DNA of 20,169 nt from Bacteroidaceae bacterium. Lineage in GTDB: Bacteria > Bacillota_I > Bacilli_A > RF39 > UBA660. The position numbers were made by a program, and so were the translations under genes. The first letter of the stretch is position 1, and each line of letters begins with the position of its first letter. The stretch covers positions 1 to 20,169 of the forward strand of contig CAVCAD010000156.1 of assembly GCA_963600145.1 (NCBI GenBank), written 5' to 3'. Below, piece by piece: positions 1 through 8,931 of the stretch. The notes beneath the pieces were generated by a model. The model ran no database searches and was not told where the DNA came from. It saw only the letters and a program-made list of their open reading frames with translations.

Positions 1-585
1 ATATGTACCATTTGCTGTAATAGTTAAAGATTCTTCAGTTTTACCAGGAACATTTGCAGTTACTTTACTATATACAGATCCAGTTGTTGGTGTATATGTA
101 CCATTTGCTGTAATAGTTAAAGATTCTTCAGTTTTACCAGGAACATTTACATCTACAGAACTATATACAGATCCAGTTGTTGGTGTATATGTTTTATTTT
201 CAGTTGCAATTAAAGAAACTTCAGTTTTTGCATCACTCGGAACACTTACAGTTACAGAATTATATACAGTACCTTCTATAGGTGTATAGTTTCCATTTGC
301 AGTTGCCGTCAAAGTTGTCTCCGTCTTTTTATCACTTGGAATATTAGCAGTTACTTTATTGTAAACTTTACCATCATCTGGTGTATATGTACCATTTGCT
401 GTAATAGTTAAAGATTCTTCAGTTTTTGCATCACTTGGAACATTTACAGTTACCTTATTATATACAGTACCATCATCCGGTGTATATGTACCATTTCCCG
501 TTGCAGATAAAGAAGTCTCTGATTTAATAGGAATATTTGTATTTATAGTGAATGCATCAAATCCATCATAGTTTTCTCCTGGTGT
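1..585 (-). repeat. In-frame tandem repeats of 93-102 nt (six clear units; more degenerate units continue to about 790)
   Basis: Unit boundaries at 1, 94, 187, 286, 385 and 484. Units 1-93 and 94-186 are identical except for a 13-nt patch (gcagttactttac vs acatctacagaac). Each unit encodes roughly NGTYTPxxGxxYxxVxVNVPxxxxTExSLxIxA. Confidence 0.9.
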
Positions 586-1296
586 ATATTGTGCTGTCCC
601 ATTTGATATAATAGATATAGTACCTAAACTTTGAAGATTTAATTCTGTTGGTACATTCACATCTAATGTAACAGAAGTCATAACATCATAATTATCAGAT
701 GGATGAATAGAATATGTACCATTTGCTGTTACTGTATATTCTCTATTACCTTCAATTTCAATATTTAAATCAGTAGGAACTGAAGATGAAGATCCTTCAA
801 TAGTTTGATATTCTATAGTTGGAGGAACTTCAACATTTAAAACTTTATCACCAATGATATATGTACCATTAGCAGATATTTCAAGATTATTTGATAATGA
901 GATCACTTCTGCTGGCTCATAAACATCAAAATATGCTAATGCGTAAGAATAATTATCATTTGTTTCTGCTTTAAAAGATCTTAGCTCATATTTATATTGA
1001 TTATAATCTGTAGTTAAATTAGTGAAAAAAGAGTCGATTTGTTCTTTTGCATCACTCTCAGATATATAATATGCATTACTGCCATATGAATGCTTTTCAC
1101 AAGAATAAGCACATTGCATTTTATAAATAATATAATTATCTTGAACTTCACTTTGGGCTCTCATTCCATAGCGAAATTCTTTTGCAGCTGTAAATGATAA
1201 TATATCTTCAGGCACTGATATATATTTTAATGTACCAGGTATATAATTAGCAATTACATCAGTGATAGTTTCTATAAAAGTTTGATATTTCTACAT
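1..1296 (-). CDS. Tail-fibre / receptor-binding-like protein with tandem 31-34 aa repeats (first 432 codons; ORF continues past the left window edge)
   Basis: ATG at 1296-1294 is followed directly by an in-frame TAG (1293-1291), so the ORF track misses it. With TAG as sense the frame stays open for exactly 432 codons to position 1. Hand translation: MQKYQTFIETITDVIANYIPGTLKYISVPEDIL..., then repeated units such as ITANGTYTPDDGTVYNKVTVNVPSDAKTEESL. Function is inferred from the repeat architecture and the position at the end of the structural block. Confidence 0.7.
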
Positions 1297-1321
1297 AAAT
1301 TAAATAAATTTTTATTTATTT

Positions 1322-2053
1322 TCATTCTTTTGATGATGCAATTACATTACCAGCACTATCTGTAATAGATATAACGCCAATTGCATTCTTGGTTACATCA
1401 ACATTATCTGCAATTATTTGAATTTTAATTCCTATTCTTGCTTTGCCATCCTCAGTTGGCGTAAATATCGTATCTGGACAAATAACTTCCCAAGGGTTAT
1501 TATCTTTTTTATGTAGTTTCATATCAATGTCGATATATTCAACATACTTACCATAATCAGTTAGTGATGTTATAATATTCAGAGATGCCTCATCTGCAGA
1601 AAATTTTCTGCCCTTAATTTTAATGCGGTACTGCTCTCCTGCTTTTACATCTATTACAGCTTCATAAGATTTTCCAGCACTCTTATCTAATAATATTTTC
1701 ACATAGTCATCATAATTATACACTGCAGTTTCATCATTCAATGGACAAAGCCCTATTGCACCACCTAGCATTTTTATTTGTCTGCTAATAGTCAATGGAA
1801 GTTCTACTGTTTCGTAATCTCCGTACGTAAGGTACTGCATAATTGGAAGATTTAAATCATTATGTTCAACAGTTCCAAGATAAGTCCTGTATTGATTTAA
1901 TAATGAATTCCAATTATCTGCTTGAAAAGATGCAAGTATAATATCACTATCAAAACCTTCATAGATAAAAAAGGTATCAGATAAAATGCTATATCGTAAA
2001 TTATCGGTAAAGTAATTATACCTTAAGGCTTGCTTAAATTCTTGTAAAGTCAT
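1322..2053 (-). CDS. Hypothetical structural protein (243 aa), possibly tail-fibre associated
   Basis: Intact ORF from ATG 2053 to TGA 1322-1324 with no internal TAG. It lies directly upstream of the fibre gene. No motif recognised. Confidence 0.6.
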   Translation of the reverse strand: MTLQEFKQALRYNYFTDNLRYSILSDTFFIYEGFDSDIILASFQADNWNSLLNQYRTYLGTVEHNDLNLPIMQYLTYGDYETVELPLTISRQIKMLGGAIGLCPLNDETAVYNYDDYVKILLDKSAGKSYEAVIDVKAGEQYRIKIKGRKFSADEASLNIITSLTDYGKYVEYIDIDMKLHKKDNNPWEVICPDTIFTPTEDGKARIGIKIQIIADNVDVTKNAIGVISITDSAGNVIASSKE

Positions 2054-2136
2054 CTTTTAATTTAATTATTTTTAATATTTTTATATTTTTAATTATTATT
2101 TATCGATTTCTTCCCAATTAGATAAATCTAACCAAG

Positions 2137-2568
2137 TTATATCTCTTTGACAACTTCATCGAATAAGCTATCATCAACACATATAATCTCTTTTGGAAGA
2201 GTCACTGAGAATGTCACATAGCATCCTGCACATAAGTCATTGAACTTCTCTGTCCAAAAAGTGTAGCTAGTGCTGTCTAAACTATCAAAGCATTCAGCTA
2301 AGATTTGTTCAAGAATAGTCTTAGATAAACTTTGAACTTCCAATAAGTTTGATCTATCATCCGTTAGTCTATCTGTCACAAATGCATTAAATGTATATGT
2401 TGTTAGATCACTATCTGTTGTATTATTCTAAATAGTTAAAACAAAATTCGAATATTTTCTATTGGGAAGATTTTCGAATTCATATATATCACCATAATAT
2501 ACTTCTTGAATATATTTATGTTTCCTAGCTGTATTTAATATATTTGTTACTAATTCAAAATAATTCAT
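2137..2568 (-). CDS. Hypothetical virion/neck-module protein (143 aa, one in-frame TAG)
   Basis: ATG 2568 is in frame with track ORF 2137-2379. The only interruption is TAG at 2428-2430, and the stop is TAA at 2137-2139. Translation: MNYFELVTNILNTARKHKYIQEVYYGDIYEFENLPNRKYSNFVLTI-TAG-NNTTDSDLTTYTFNAFVTDRLTDD... Confidence 0.6.
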
Positions 2569-2581
2569 TATTTATAAAATA

Positions 2582-3112
2582 TTATTTATATCTATAATCA
2601 TAAACATTTCCACCGTCAAAAACTATTCCACATCTATTTGGTTCTTCAGCACCTTCACAATTTATATATTGTGTATATTCAGGAAACTTATCTGTATTAT
2701 GAACTAAATAATGCTTCATCTTAGTTGCATATGCATCTGCATAGTTTTCAAGTTGCCTTTGCAAAGATTTACAATAATTTACATCTAATGTTGATCTCTA
2801 TGTATCGTTATTTACAGAAACACCTGCATTTTGAAGTTTATAGTTTATTAATGGAATAATATTTGCGGAAACAGCCCACACTAGATATGGCGCAATATAT
2901 ACATCAAGTAAATTTTTATAATTATCTGTTAATGTATTTGTTTCTACCATTTGGCATAATTTGTTAACTAATGCTGGACCAATAATATTTGTTAAATCAA
3001 GATCTTGCGCTAAGCAAATACTTGGATATAAATATACACCATCAAGATTTGCACCCAATGAACTTTGTTTCTTTAATGTATCTTCACTTATCAATAATAT
3101 CTTATTTGTCAT
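2582..3112 (-). CDS. Head-tail connector/adaptor-like protein (176 aa, one in-frame TAG)
   Basis: Track ORFs 2798-3112 and 2582-2764 share one frame and are joined through TAG 2798-2800 (...VSVNNDT-TAG-RSTLDVNYCKSLQRQLENY...). The stop is TAA at 2582-2584. The start overlaps the portal 3' end by 11 nt. The connector call is a weak by-eye resemblance (N-terminal LLISEDTLKK...L.P.I..AQD pattern) supported by position. Confidence 0.5.
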
Positions 3113-4151
3113 CGTCTTCAGACCAATTTATTTTAAATCCTTTAAATGTTAAATGAACTCCCAATTTACCAAGTTCTTTGGCAAATATCTTCTTAATAGG
3201 AATAATCACTGTGCTATTAAATAATGCATAAGCTTGTTGGAATTCCTATTTGGAAAATCCTGTATTGACATTCTTGCCAACTAATATAGGATTCATACGG
3301 AATGCAACAAATATATCATCAACAGATGATTCTTGAAGTTGGGTATATAGATCACCCGCATTATCAGGGGTTAATCTTGTTACTTCAATTTTACCGGTAT
3401 CATTGGTATTATTGATGAGCATCACCTTGCCTGCATTTTCAGACCCTGTATATTCACCTTCAAGTTGGGCTTTGATCTCTTGTAATTCGGATGATTTAAT
3501 TTGTGTACCATTGAGGGCAACAACTACAGACCCAGAAAAATTATTCTGCAAATTATGCAAATGGAAGTTTCTTGTTTGATTTAATATCTCTATAGATTTG
3601 AGAGAACTTACATACATAGGTACAGGATTAATATTCCTGGTTATTTGTCCTCTAAAATAAAAGATAAAATGATCTTGATTTTCATTTGGATTCCATAATG
3701 GAAGTTTATACAAGGCCTTACGATTCCAATTATTCCAATTATTTGATAAATAGGCAATAGTTAACTCTTCATTAACACGAACATTCTGCACATTAATATA
3801 ATTTAATCTAACTATATCACCCTTGGAATTTCGAATACCTTCAAGTGCAAATCCACCAAATAGAATATAATCAAATACAGATTTTGCTAAGATATCTGAT
3901 AAAGAAAGTCCATTATCCGATAATCTATCAAAATCGGTGTCTATTCCATCTGCAATAATATAATCACATAAGGTATTTACGGCTGATTGAAGATTACTAT
4001 TCTTCAAATAATTATCAAATAGATAAATAGGAAACTTATTGTCTTCTCCCCATTTAATATATTCCTGTGCGCCTTTGAAGTCATATGTATCAGGAATAGG
4101 CGCTGGCCTATAATTCACGCAGGCAAAATTCTATAATTCTTTATTATCCAT
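3102..4151 (-). CDS. Portal protein (349 aa, two in-frame TAG)
   Basis: ATG 4151 (MDNKEL-TAG-NFACVNYRPAP...) extends track ORF 3246-4118. TAG at 3246-3248 reads through to TAA at 3102-3104 (...NTGFSK-TAG-EFQQAYALFNSTVIIP...WSEDDDK). Portal-like hallmarks seen by eye: YIKWGEDNKFP N-terminus, GSENAGKVMLI, and DDIFVAFRMNPILVG near the C-terminus (HK97-type Phage_portal pattern). The start overlaps the upstream stop by 8 nt. Confidence 0.72.
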
Positions 4152-4437
4152 TATAAGTCTTGATATTTATATTTGACGAATATGAAGTTGATTCTCTATC
4201 ATTTAAATAGGATGCTATACCACTTTGAAGAATGGTATTTTCATCTTCACTATTATAAATATAATAATCAAATTGTCCAACTATATTAGGAATAAGATCT
4301 AATGTATATTTTACACCATCATTAGATAAAGATGTACCAGTTTCAGCCTTTGTAACTTGATTAATAAATTTAATTCTATTACCAATAACTTTATTTACTA
4401 TTGGAATAATAATATTTTCACTATCTAAATAAATCAT
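4144..4437 (-). CDS. Hypothetical small protein (97 aa)
   Basis: Intact ORF from ATG 4437 to TAA 4144-4146. It is preceded by the 18-nt upstream motif and a terminator hairpin. Confidence 0.55.
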   Translation of the reverse strand: MIYLDSENIIIPIVNKVIGNRIKFINQVTKAETGTSLSNDGVKYTLDLIPNIVGQFDYYIYNSEDENTILQSGIASYLNDRESTSYSSNINIKTYNG

Positions 4438-4440
4438 ATT

Positions 4441-4458
4441 CTATATATATAATACAAA
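4441..4458 (-). promoter_or_regulatory. 18-nt start-proximal motif, copy 1 (minus sense TTTGTATTATATATATAG, 3 nt before ATG 4437)
   Basis: The plus-strand sequence ctatatatataatacaaa is identical to 7134-7151. It immediately follows the terminator U-tract. Confidence 0.45.
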
Positions 4459-4503
4459 AATTGGGCAAATTATTCTTCAAATTTTGGAATAATTCGTCCA
4501 ATT
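4459..4503 (-). terminator. Intrinsic terminator-like hairpin after the tube-like gene
   Basis: 17-bp stem (4459-4475 pairs with 4487-4503; one mismatch and one G-U) with an 11-nt loop. On the minus strand it is followed by TTTTTG (plus 4454-4458). Confidence 0.6.
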
Positions 4504-4523
4504 TTCCTAAGTTTTTGTTTAAA

Positions 4524-5069
4524 TTATGCAACTAATGTAGAAATATCCAAATCTGCAGATAAGAAATGTGGAAATTCCATTGCAATTTCTTCAAATGTCA
4601 ATGTGAAACCACTTAGATCTGAATTTGATGTACCAGATTGCATTACTGCATCTGTGATATAAACTTCATTTCGGCCTTCACCAATACCTAATAATAAATA
4701 TTGTCCATACATATCTTTGATGATTATGCAAGCACCACCATTTATCATAGATTGAATAGCTAAACGTTTTTCAGCTTCTGCTTTTGAGAACTGTAATGCA
4801 ACGTCAGTAGTTACTGTGCTATTTCCTGTAGTAAGATCACCAGATCTTGTAGATGTATAACTTCCTGTATTTGGCCTAAATAACCATTTTTGGAATTTAT
4901 TTGTCCCTGCCAATGTTACCTCTTTGATATTTCCAGTGGCATCATCTACTGTTACTTTAGAGACATCTTCAGCAGCAATAACATATACTTCTTTAATACC
5001 ACCTACAGAACCTTCACAGCGTGCATCTATTGCATTTACAGTTACTGATTTACAACTTTGTACTGCCAT
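4524..5069 (-). CDS. Major tail (tube)-like protein (181 aa)
   Basis: I prefer ATG 5069 over the track's TTG at 5084. The stop is TAA at 4524-4526. Translation: MAVQSCKSVTVNAIDARCEGSVGGIKEVYVIAAEDV...IIKDMYGQYLLLGIGEG...SGFTLTFEEIAMEFP. This resembles siphovirus tail-tube proteins by eye. There is no TAG, and a hairpin lies on each side, suggesting an abundant product. Confidence 0.5.
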   Translation of the reverse strand: MAVQSCKSVTVNAIDARCEGSVGGIKEVYVIAAEDVSKVTVDDATGNIKEVTLAGTNKFQKWLFRPNTGSYTSTRSGDLTTGNSTVTTDVALQFSKAEAEKRLAIQSMINGGACIIIKDMYGQYLLLGIGEGRNEVYITDAVMQSGTSNSDLSGFTLTFEEIAMEFPHFLSADLDISTLVA

Positions 5070-5104
5070 ATAAATTAGATTCAAATAAATTTTAATGTTT
5101 TAAA

Positions 5105-5138
5105 TATTGGAGAATAACCGAATTATTATTCTCCAATA
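5105..5138 (-). terminator. Hairpin directly after the major capsid gene (attenuator or mRNA-stabilising element)
   Basis: Perfect 13-bp stem (5105-5117 tattggagaataa pairs with 5126-5138 ttattctccaata) with an 8-nt loop. The downstream U-tract is weak (TTTAAAAC). Confidence 0.5.
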
Positions 5139-5148
5139 AAAATTAGAT

Positions 5149-6036
5149 TTACGCAAGTTTTGCTACTGCAACAAGATCAGGGAATGCAATTTGAACTCCC
5201 TCATTGAACTCAATTGCAAGTCTAAATTCGCGATTGTCTTGAGAATACCAGAAATCAAATTTCTCTGCATCATCAACAAGATCAGTACCATATACAAAGT
5301 TATCACGATACGATGCAACAGCTTTATAAGTTTGACCATCAAGACCAGTTACAGGAATAACGCGTACGTTAGTGCCAGGAATAAGTACAGAACTTGGTTG
5401 TGCAACATCATTGATTACATTAGTGATTACTAAGTTACCATTAGCAATTAATTCTTGGATGTATTTTCTGTATGTATCAGAACCAACGAACAATATCACA
5501 TCACCTTTTTCAAATGCAGCACTAGGAAGTAATGCATAAGTCTCATTGATGATTTTTGTTGCAGAATCACTCGCACTTGCTGAATAAGTACCTGCGAGAG
5601 TTGCAGCATCAAGAATACTTTGATACCCATCAGTACCTTGCCAAATAGCAACTTCAAGTTTGCTTTGAACATCTTCAACAATACCATTAACAAAATCTTC
5701 TTCAAATGGAAGTGTTTTTTGCCCAGCAGCTAAACGAACATCATAATTCATCCAGGTAGCCAAGAGTTTCTTATCGCAAAAACTCATATTTACTTTGTAT
5801 GGATGTGCCTTCAAAATACGTTGTGAAATAGTGGAAGTACCAGCTTCGTTCCAACCACAATTTGATCCATCTTGAAGAGTTACATCGGTAACTAAAAGAT
5901 TAAGTGCAGTATCACCTTTAACACCAGTTTGAAGATTAACTTCAGCTGCTGTACGTGCACCAATAACAGCCTTACGGATTAAACCAAGTTTTTTTTCTTC
6001 CACATATGCGGGAAGTGCTTCAACATTAATAGCCAT
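5149..6036 (-). CDS. Major capsid protein (295 aa)
   Basis: Intact ORF from ATG 6036 to TAA 5149-5151. It follows a protease and an acidic coiled-coil scaffold. The sequence (MAINVEALPAYVEEKKLGLIRKAV...EVAIWQGTDG...FRLAIEFNEGVQIAFPDLVAV) resembles the capsid proteins that accompany XkdF-type proteases. It contains 12 Gln codons, none of them TAG. Confidence 0.82.
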   Translation of the reverse strand: MAINVEALPAYVEEKKLGLIRKAVIGARTAAEVNLQTGVKGDTALNLLVTDVTLQDGSNCGWNEAGTSTISQRILKAHPYKVNMSFCDKKLLATWMNYDVRLAAGQKTLPFEEDFVNGIVEDVQSKLEVAIWQGTDGYQSILDAATLAGTYSASASDSATKIINETYALLPSAAFEKGDVILFVGSDTYRKYIQELIANGNLVITNVINDVAQPSSVLIPGTNVRVIPVTGLDGQTYKAVASYRDNFVYGTDLVDDAEKFDFWYSQDNREFRLAIEFNEGVQIAFPDLVAVAKLA

Positions 6037-6049
6037 AAATAATAATTAA

Positions 6050-6550
6050 TTAATTTTGAAAATATTTTAGTGCGCCACTATTTTTATATGAGTTTGGTTG
6101 TGCAACAGCTGCAAGAGAAACTGCGTCCTCCTTTGGCGCTTCAGCTTTGTCTTCCAATTCTTTAACTTTATTTTCTAATTCTGTAATATGTGCTTCATAT
6201 TCAGCAATTTTTGCTTGTAATTCAGAGATGAGTGCATCTTTCTCATCTGGAACAATAGGCTCTTCGGCGGGAACTTCTGGAACCGCTTCTTCTTCAATGG
6301 GTTCTTCTTTAACTTCCTCTTCAGCAGGATTCTCTGCTTTTTTGATTTCAGAAACTTTGCCTTCAGAAACTACCAAAATAGTACCATCTTCAAGTGCATA
6401 TTCACCATCTTCTGGATTTTCACCATCTTCATTTACAACTTCTACACCTTCTGATAATTCACCATCATAAATGAGAATACCTTTATCTGTAGAAACTTCA
6501 GCAAACTTAGCAACTAATCTAGCTAATTTAATAAAATTCTTTTTGTTCAT
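6050..6550 (-). CDS. Scaffolding-like protein (166 aa, acidic, coiled-coil)
   Basis: Intact ORF from ATG 6550 to TAA 6050-6052. It has a Glu/Pro-rich linker and a heptad-like segment (LISELQAKIAEYEAHITELENKVKELEDK). It lies between the protease and the capsid gene. Confidence 0.6.
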   Translation of the reverse strand: MNKKNFIKLARLVAKFAEVSTDKGILIYDGELSEGVEVVNEDGENPEDGEYALEDGTILVVSEGKVSEIKKAENPAEEEVKEEPIEEEAVPEVPAEEPIVPDEKDALISELQAKIAEYEAHITELENKVKELEDKAEAPKEDAVSLAAVAQPNSYKNSGALKYFQN

Positions 6551-6591
6551 TTAATAATATATTTAAATTTTGAAACTTTCAAACTAATACA

Positions 6592-7131
6592 TCAGTCCAA
6601 AATATTATTAATCAAGTCATCTAATGATTCAGACTATTCTTTAAGATCTACCATACATTCTATAGAAAATCCATTATATTTGCCTGCTTTTAAATTTTCC
6701 CAAATTTGATCATCTTCAATCTTTAAAGAAACATACCAACTTCCTAATGCAATATCTGAAAATTCTTCAGGCACCAATCCAGGACGTGATATAAAAGATT
6801 CTATCATATAAACTTTATCTACAGGAAGTGGTTGTCCAGAATGTTCTAAGCTAAATGATAAATGATTTTCTTTTTCTGCATCTAATACCATCTTTTCTAT
6901 GATATCCGCAGTAAAGACTAAATAATATGGTTGTCCATCTTTTGCTATACGATAAATAGGTTTATCGGCTATCATAGCAGGACCAAATGCTATATGCTTT
7001 TCTTCATCTAAAGAAAACTTTACTGCCTTTTGCTCTGAAAATATCTGAAAATCTGTCTCTATAGCTGGTTTTTCAACTAATGATAAAACAGACAAATCAC
7101 CATATGTCACATAATAAACTGGAATATTCAT
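6592..7131 (-). CDS. XkdF-like putative prohead protease (165 aa to TAG 6634; 179 aa if TAG is read through to TGA 6592)
   Basis: Starts at ATG 7131. Recognised pattern: LSLVEKPAIE...FGPAMIADKPIYR...LEHSG...GSWYVSLKIEDDQIWENLKAGKYNGFSIE (XkdF / Peptidase_S78_2-like, by eye). The track ORF ends at TAG 6634-6636. The same frame continues SESLDDLINNILD to TGA 6592-6594. Confidence 0.68.
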
Positions 7132-7133
7132 AT

Positions 7134-7151
7134 CTATATATATAATACAAA
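7134..7151 (-). promoter_or_regulatory. 18-nt start-proximal motif, copy 2 (2 nt before ATG 7131 of the protease gene)
   Basis: Exact 18/18 match to 4441-4458. Confidence 0.45.
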
Positions 7152-7180
7152 TTTTATTTAAAAAATTAACAAATTATTGA

Positions 7181-8929
7181 TTAATATCTATTTTCTCTCT
7201 CCTATACAGACACTTTATTACCGGCCTATTGTATATCTGATTCAACAACATAAACTTTTGTATCTGTAATAGATTCTTCAATATTTGCACCTTCAATAGC
7301 TGAACTATATTGTGTTGGAGTAGTCAATGTATTTGTTGCAACTGCAGCAGAAACACCTGATAATGTAGCACTATCACTATTTCCTTTTGTTCTAAGATTA
7401 GCTAATTGGGCAGCACCAGATGCGATCACTGCTATCATATTGGTAATACCAGTTGCTTGTGCAATGGCAGGACCTGCAACCGGAATAGCATTAAGACCCT
7501 CATTGCTTGCTGCACCGGTATATGCCATTAATGCACCCGAAATAGTGGAAGTCACAATACTTGCAGCTTGAAATGCTAACATAGCTTTACGTTGTTTTTC
7601 ATCAGCTTCATCCATTGCACTTGCTATTGATGAAAAAACACTAGATATATTTGATAATGTCTATGCAGCATCTTGCATCTACGTTAGTTGTGACGCTTCA
7701 ACAAGCGCATCTTCCTTTTGTTTATAATATTGTTGTAATTCATATTTCCGTTTAAGATATTCTTCTTCTGTCATCAATTTATTTTCATATAATGATGCTA
7801 ATAAATCAAGATCAGCCTTATATTGTTCTTGAAGTTGCTGATGTTCTGTTTGCGGAAATAATCTATTCTTTAATTCTTTATATTCAGCTAATAATGTCAT
7901 TAGCTTTTCTATTCTCTTTTCTTCTTCGGATGTATCTTCATCTTCTGTAGGTGCAGCACCTGGATTAACAGCTTCAGTTTTATTCTTCTTTATATCTTTA
8001 AATGGATTTAGATAATCTTTAGTTTCTGCCCTTAATACTGCTAGCTCGTCTTCTTTTCTCTTTTCAACAGCTTTTGCAGCATCTTCTTGTGCCTTAATAT
8101 ATCCAGGTAATGCTTTATCTACTTTATCAATGTATTCTTGATATTCTTTTACATAGTTTTTAAGATCATCTAATTGATGTGCAGCGGCATTCATATTCAG
8201 ACGATCACCCTTATTAAAATATTTTTGCCATTCCGTATGCATAATTTCAATTTGTTCATTAATCTCAGTAACACGCCTCTTAGCTTCTGTATATTTCTTC
8301 TTAACATCATCAGGTAGCTGTGCTAAAAGATCTTCATTCTTGAACTTTTCTATTGTTCCAGCAGCTGTTTCTAAAATTTGTTGATATTCTTCTGCTTCTT
8401 TCTTTGCTTCTTCTGTCTTATTTTTAATAGCCATCCATCCAGCTGCTATTGTAGATAATGCTAATATTACTGCACCAAGTACGCCTTTTCCCATTGTTGT
8501 ATTTAGAGTAGATATAACACCTTTTAATATTTTAAAAGATTCTATCAAATCTTTAACACCAGCAATAGCTTGTGTAAATACCATTAACTATTGTAATCTA
8601 GCAATTCCTTTGATAACATCTTCATTTTCAGATCCAAATAGTTGCATAAGTGCAGTTGCAGCTGTAATTCCAGATGAAATACCTGCAATAGCTTTAGCAC
8701 CTTGCTCTCCCCATCCTTGCATACCTTTAGATAATGCATCTGTTGTCTAATTAAATGTATCTATTTGCCCTTTAGCGTCCGCCGCTCTTTTCTATAATTT
8801 ATAAAATGCGTCACTACCTATTTCAACATTCTTCAGTTGCTCATTGCATTCCTATAATTCTTTCTCTAATTGGGCAATAGATCTCTTCGCTTTTGAAGTA
8901 TCTATCTGTATTGAACTAATTACTGCCAT
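7181..8929 (-). CDS. Tape-measure-like or ejection-like protein (582 aa, eight in-frame TAG)
   Basis: ATG 8929 lies 2 nt after the upstream TAA. A single frame spans the untracked stretch 8585-8929 and track ORFs 7679-8584 and 7226-7615. TAG codons start at 8852, 8792, 8747, 8588, 7679, 7661, 7226 and 7202 (lower coordinate of each). The true TAA is at 7181-7183. The protein has N-terminal and central coiled coils, a hydrophobic segment (GVLGAVILALSTIAAGWMAI) and a Gly/Ala-rich hydrophobic C-terminal region, as in tape-measure proteins. Its position upstream of the head genes is atypical. Confidence 0.5.
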
Positions 8930-8931
8930 AA

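Noticed and set aside
1-585. The tandem repeats could be a CRISPR array or a diversity-generating-retroelement target.
   Set aside because: The units are contiguous with no spacers. They maintain one long reading frame and encode a repeated protein module. The differences between copies are not adenine-specific, and no reverse transcriptase or template repeat is present in the window.
2101-2136. A short palindrome (ttagat aa atctaa) after the 143-aa gene, considered as a possible terminator.
   Set aside because: It has only a 6-bp A/T-rich stem with a 2-nt loop and no U-tract, so it is unlikely to form a functional hairpin.
5496-5705. A 69-aa minus-strand ORF nested inside the capsid gene in another frame.
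   Set aside because: It is entirely contained within the major capsid CDS. It has no independent start context, and its Leu/Lys-rich composition is typical of an off-frame artefact in AT-rich DNA.
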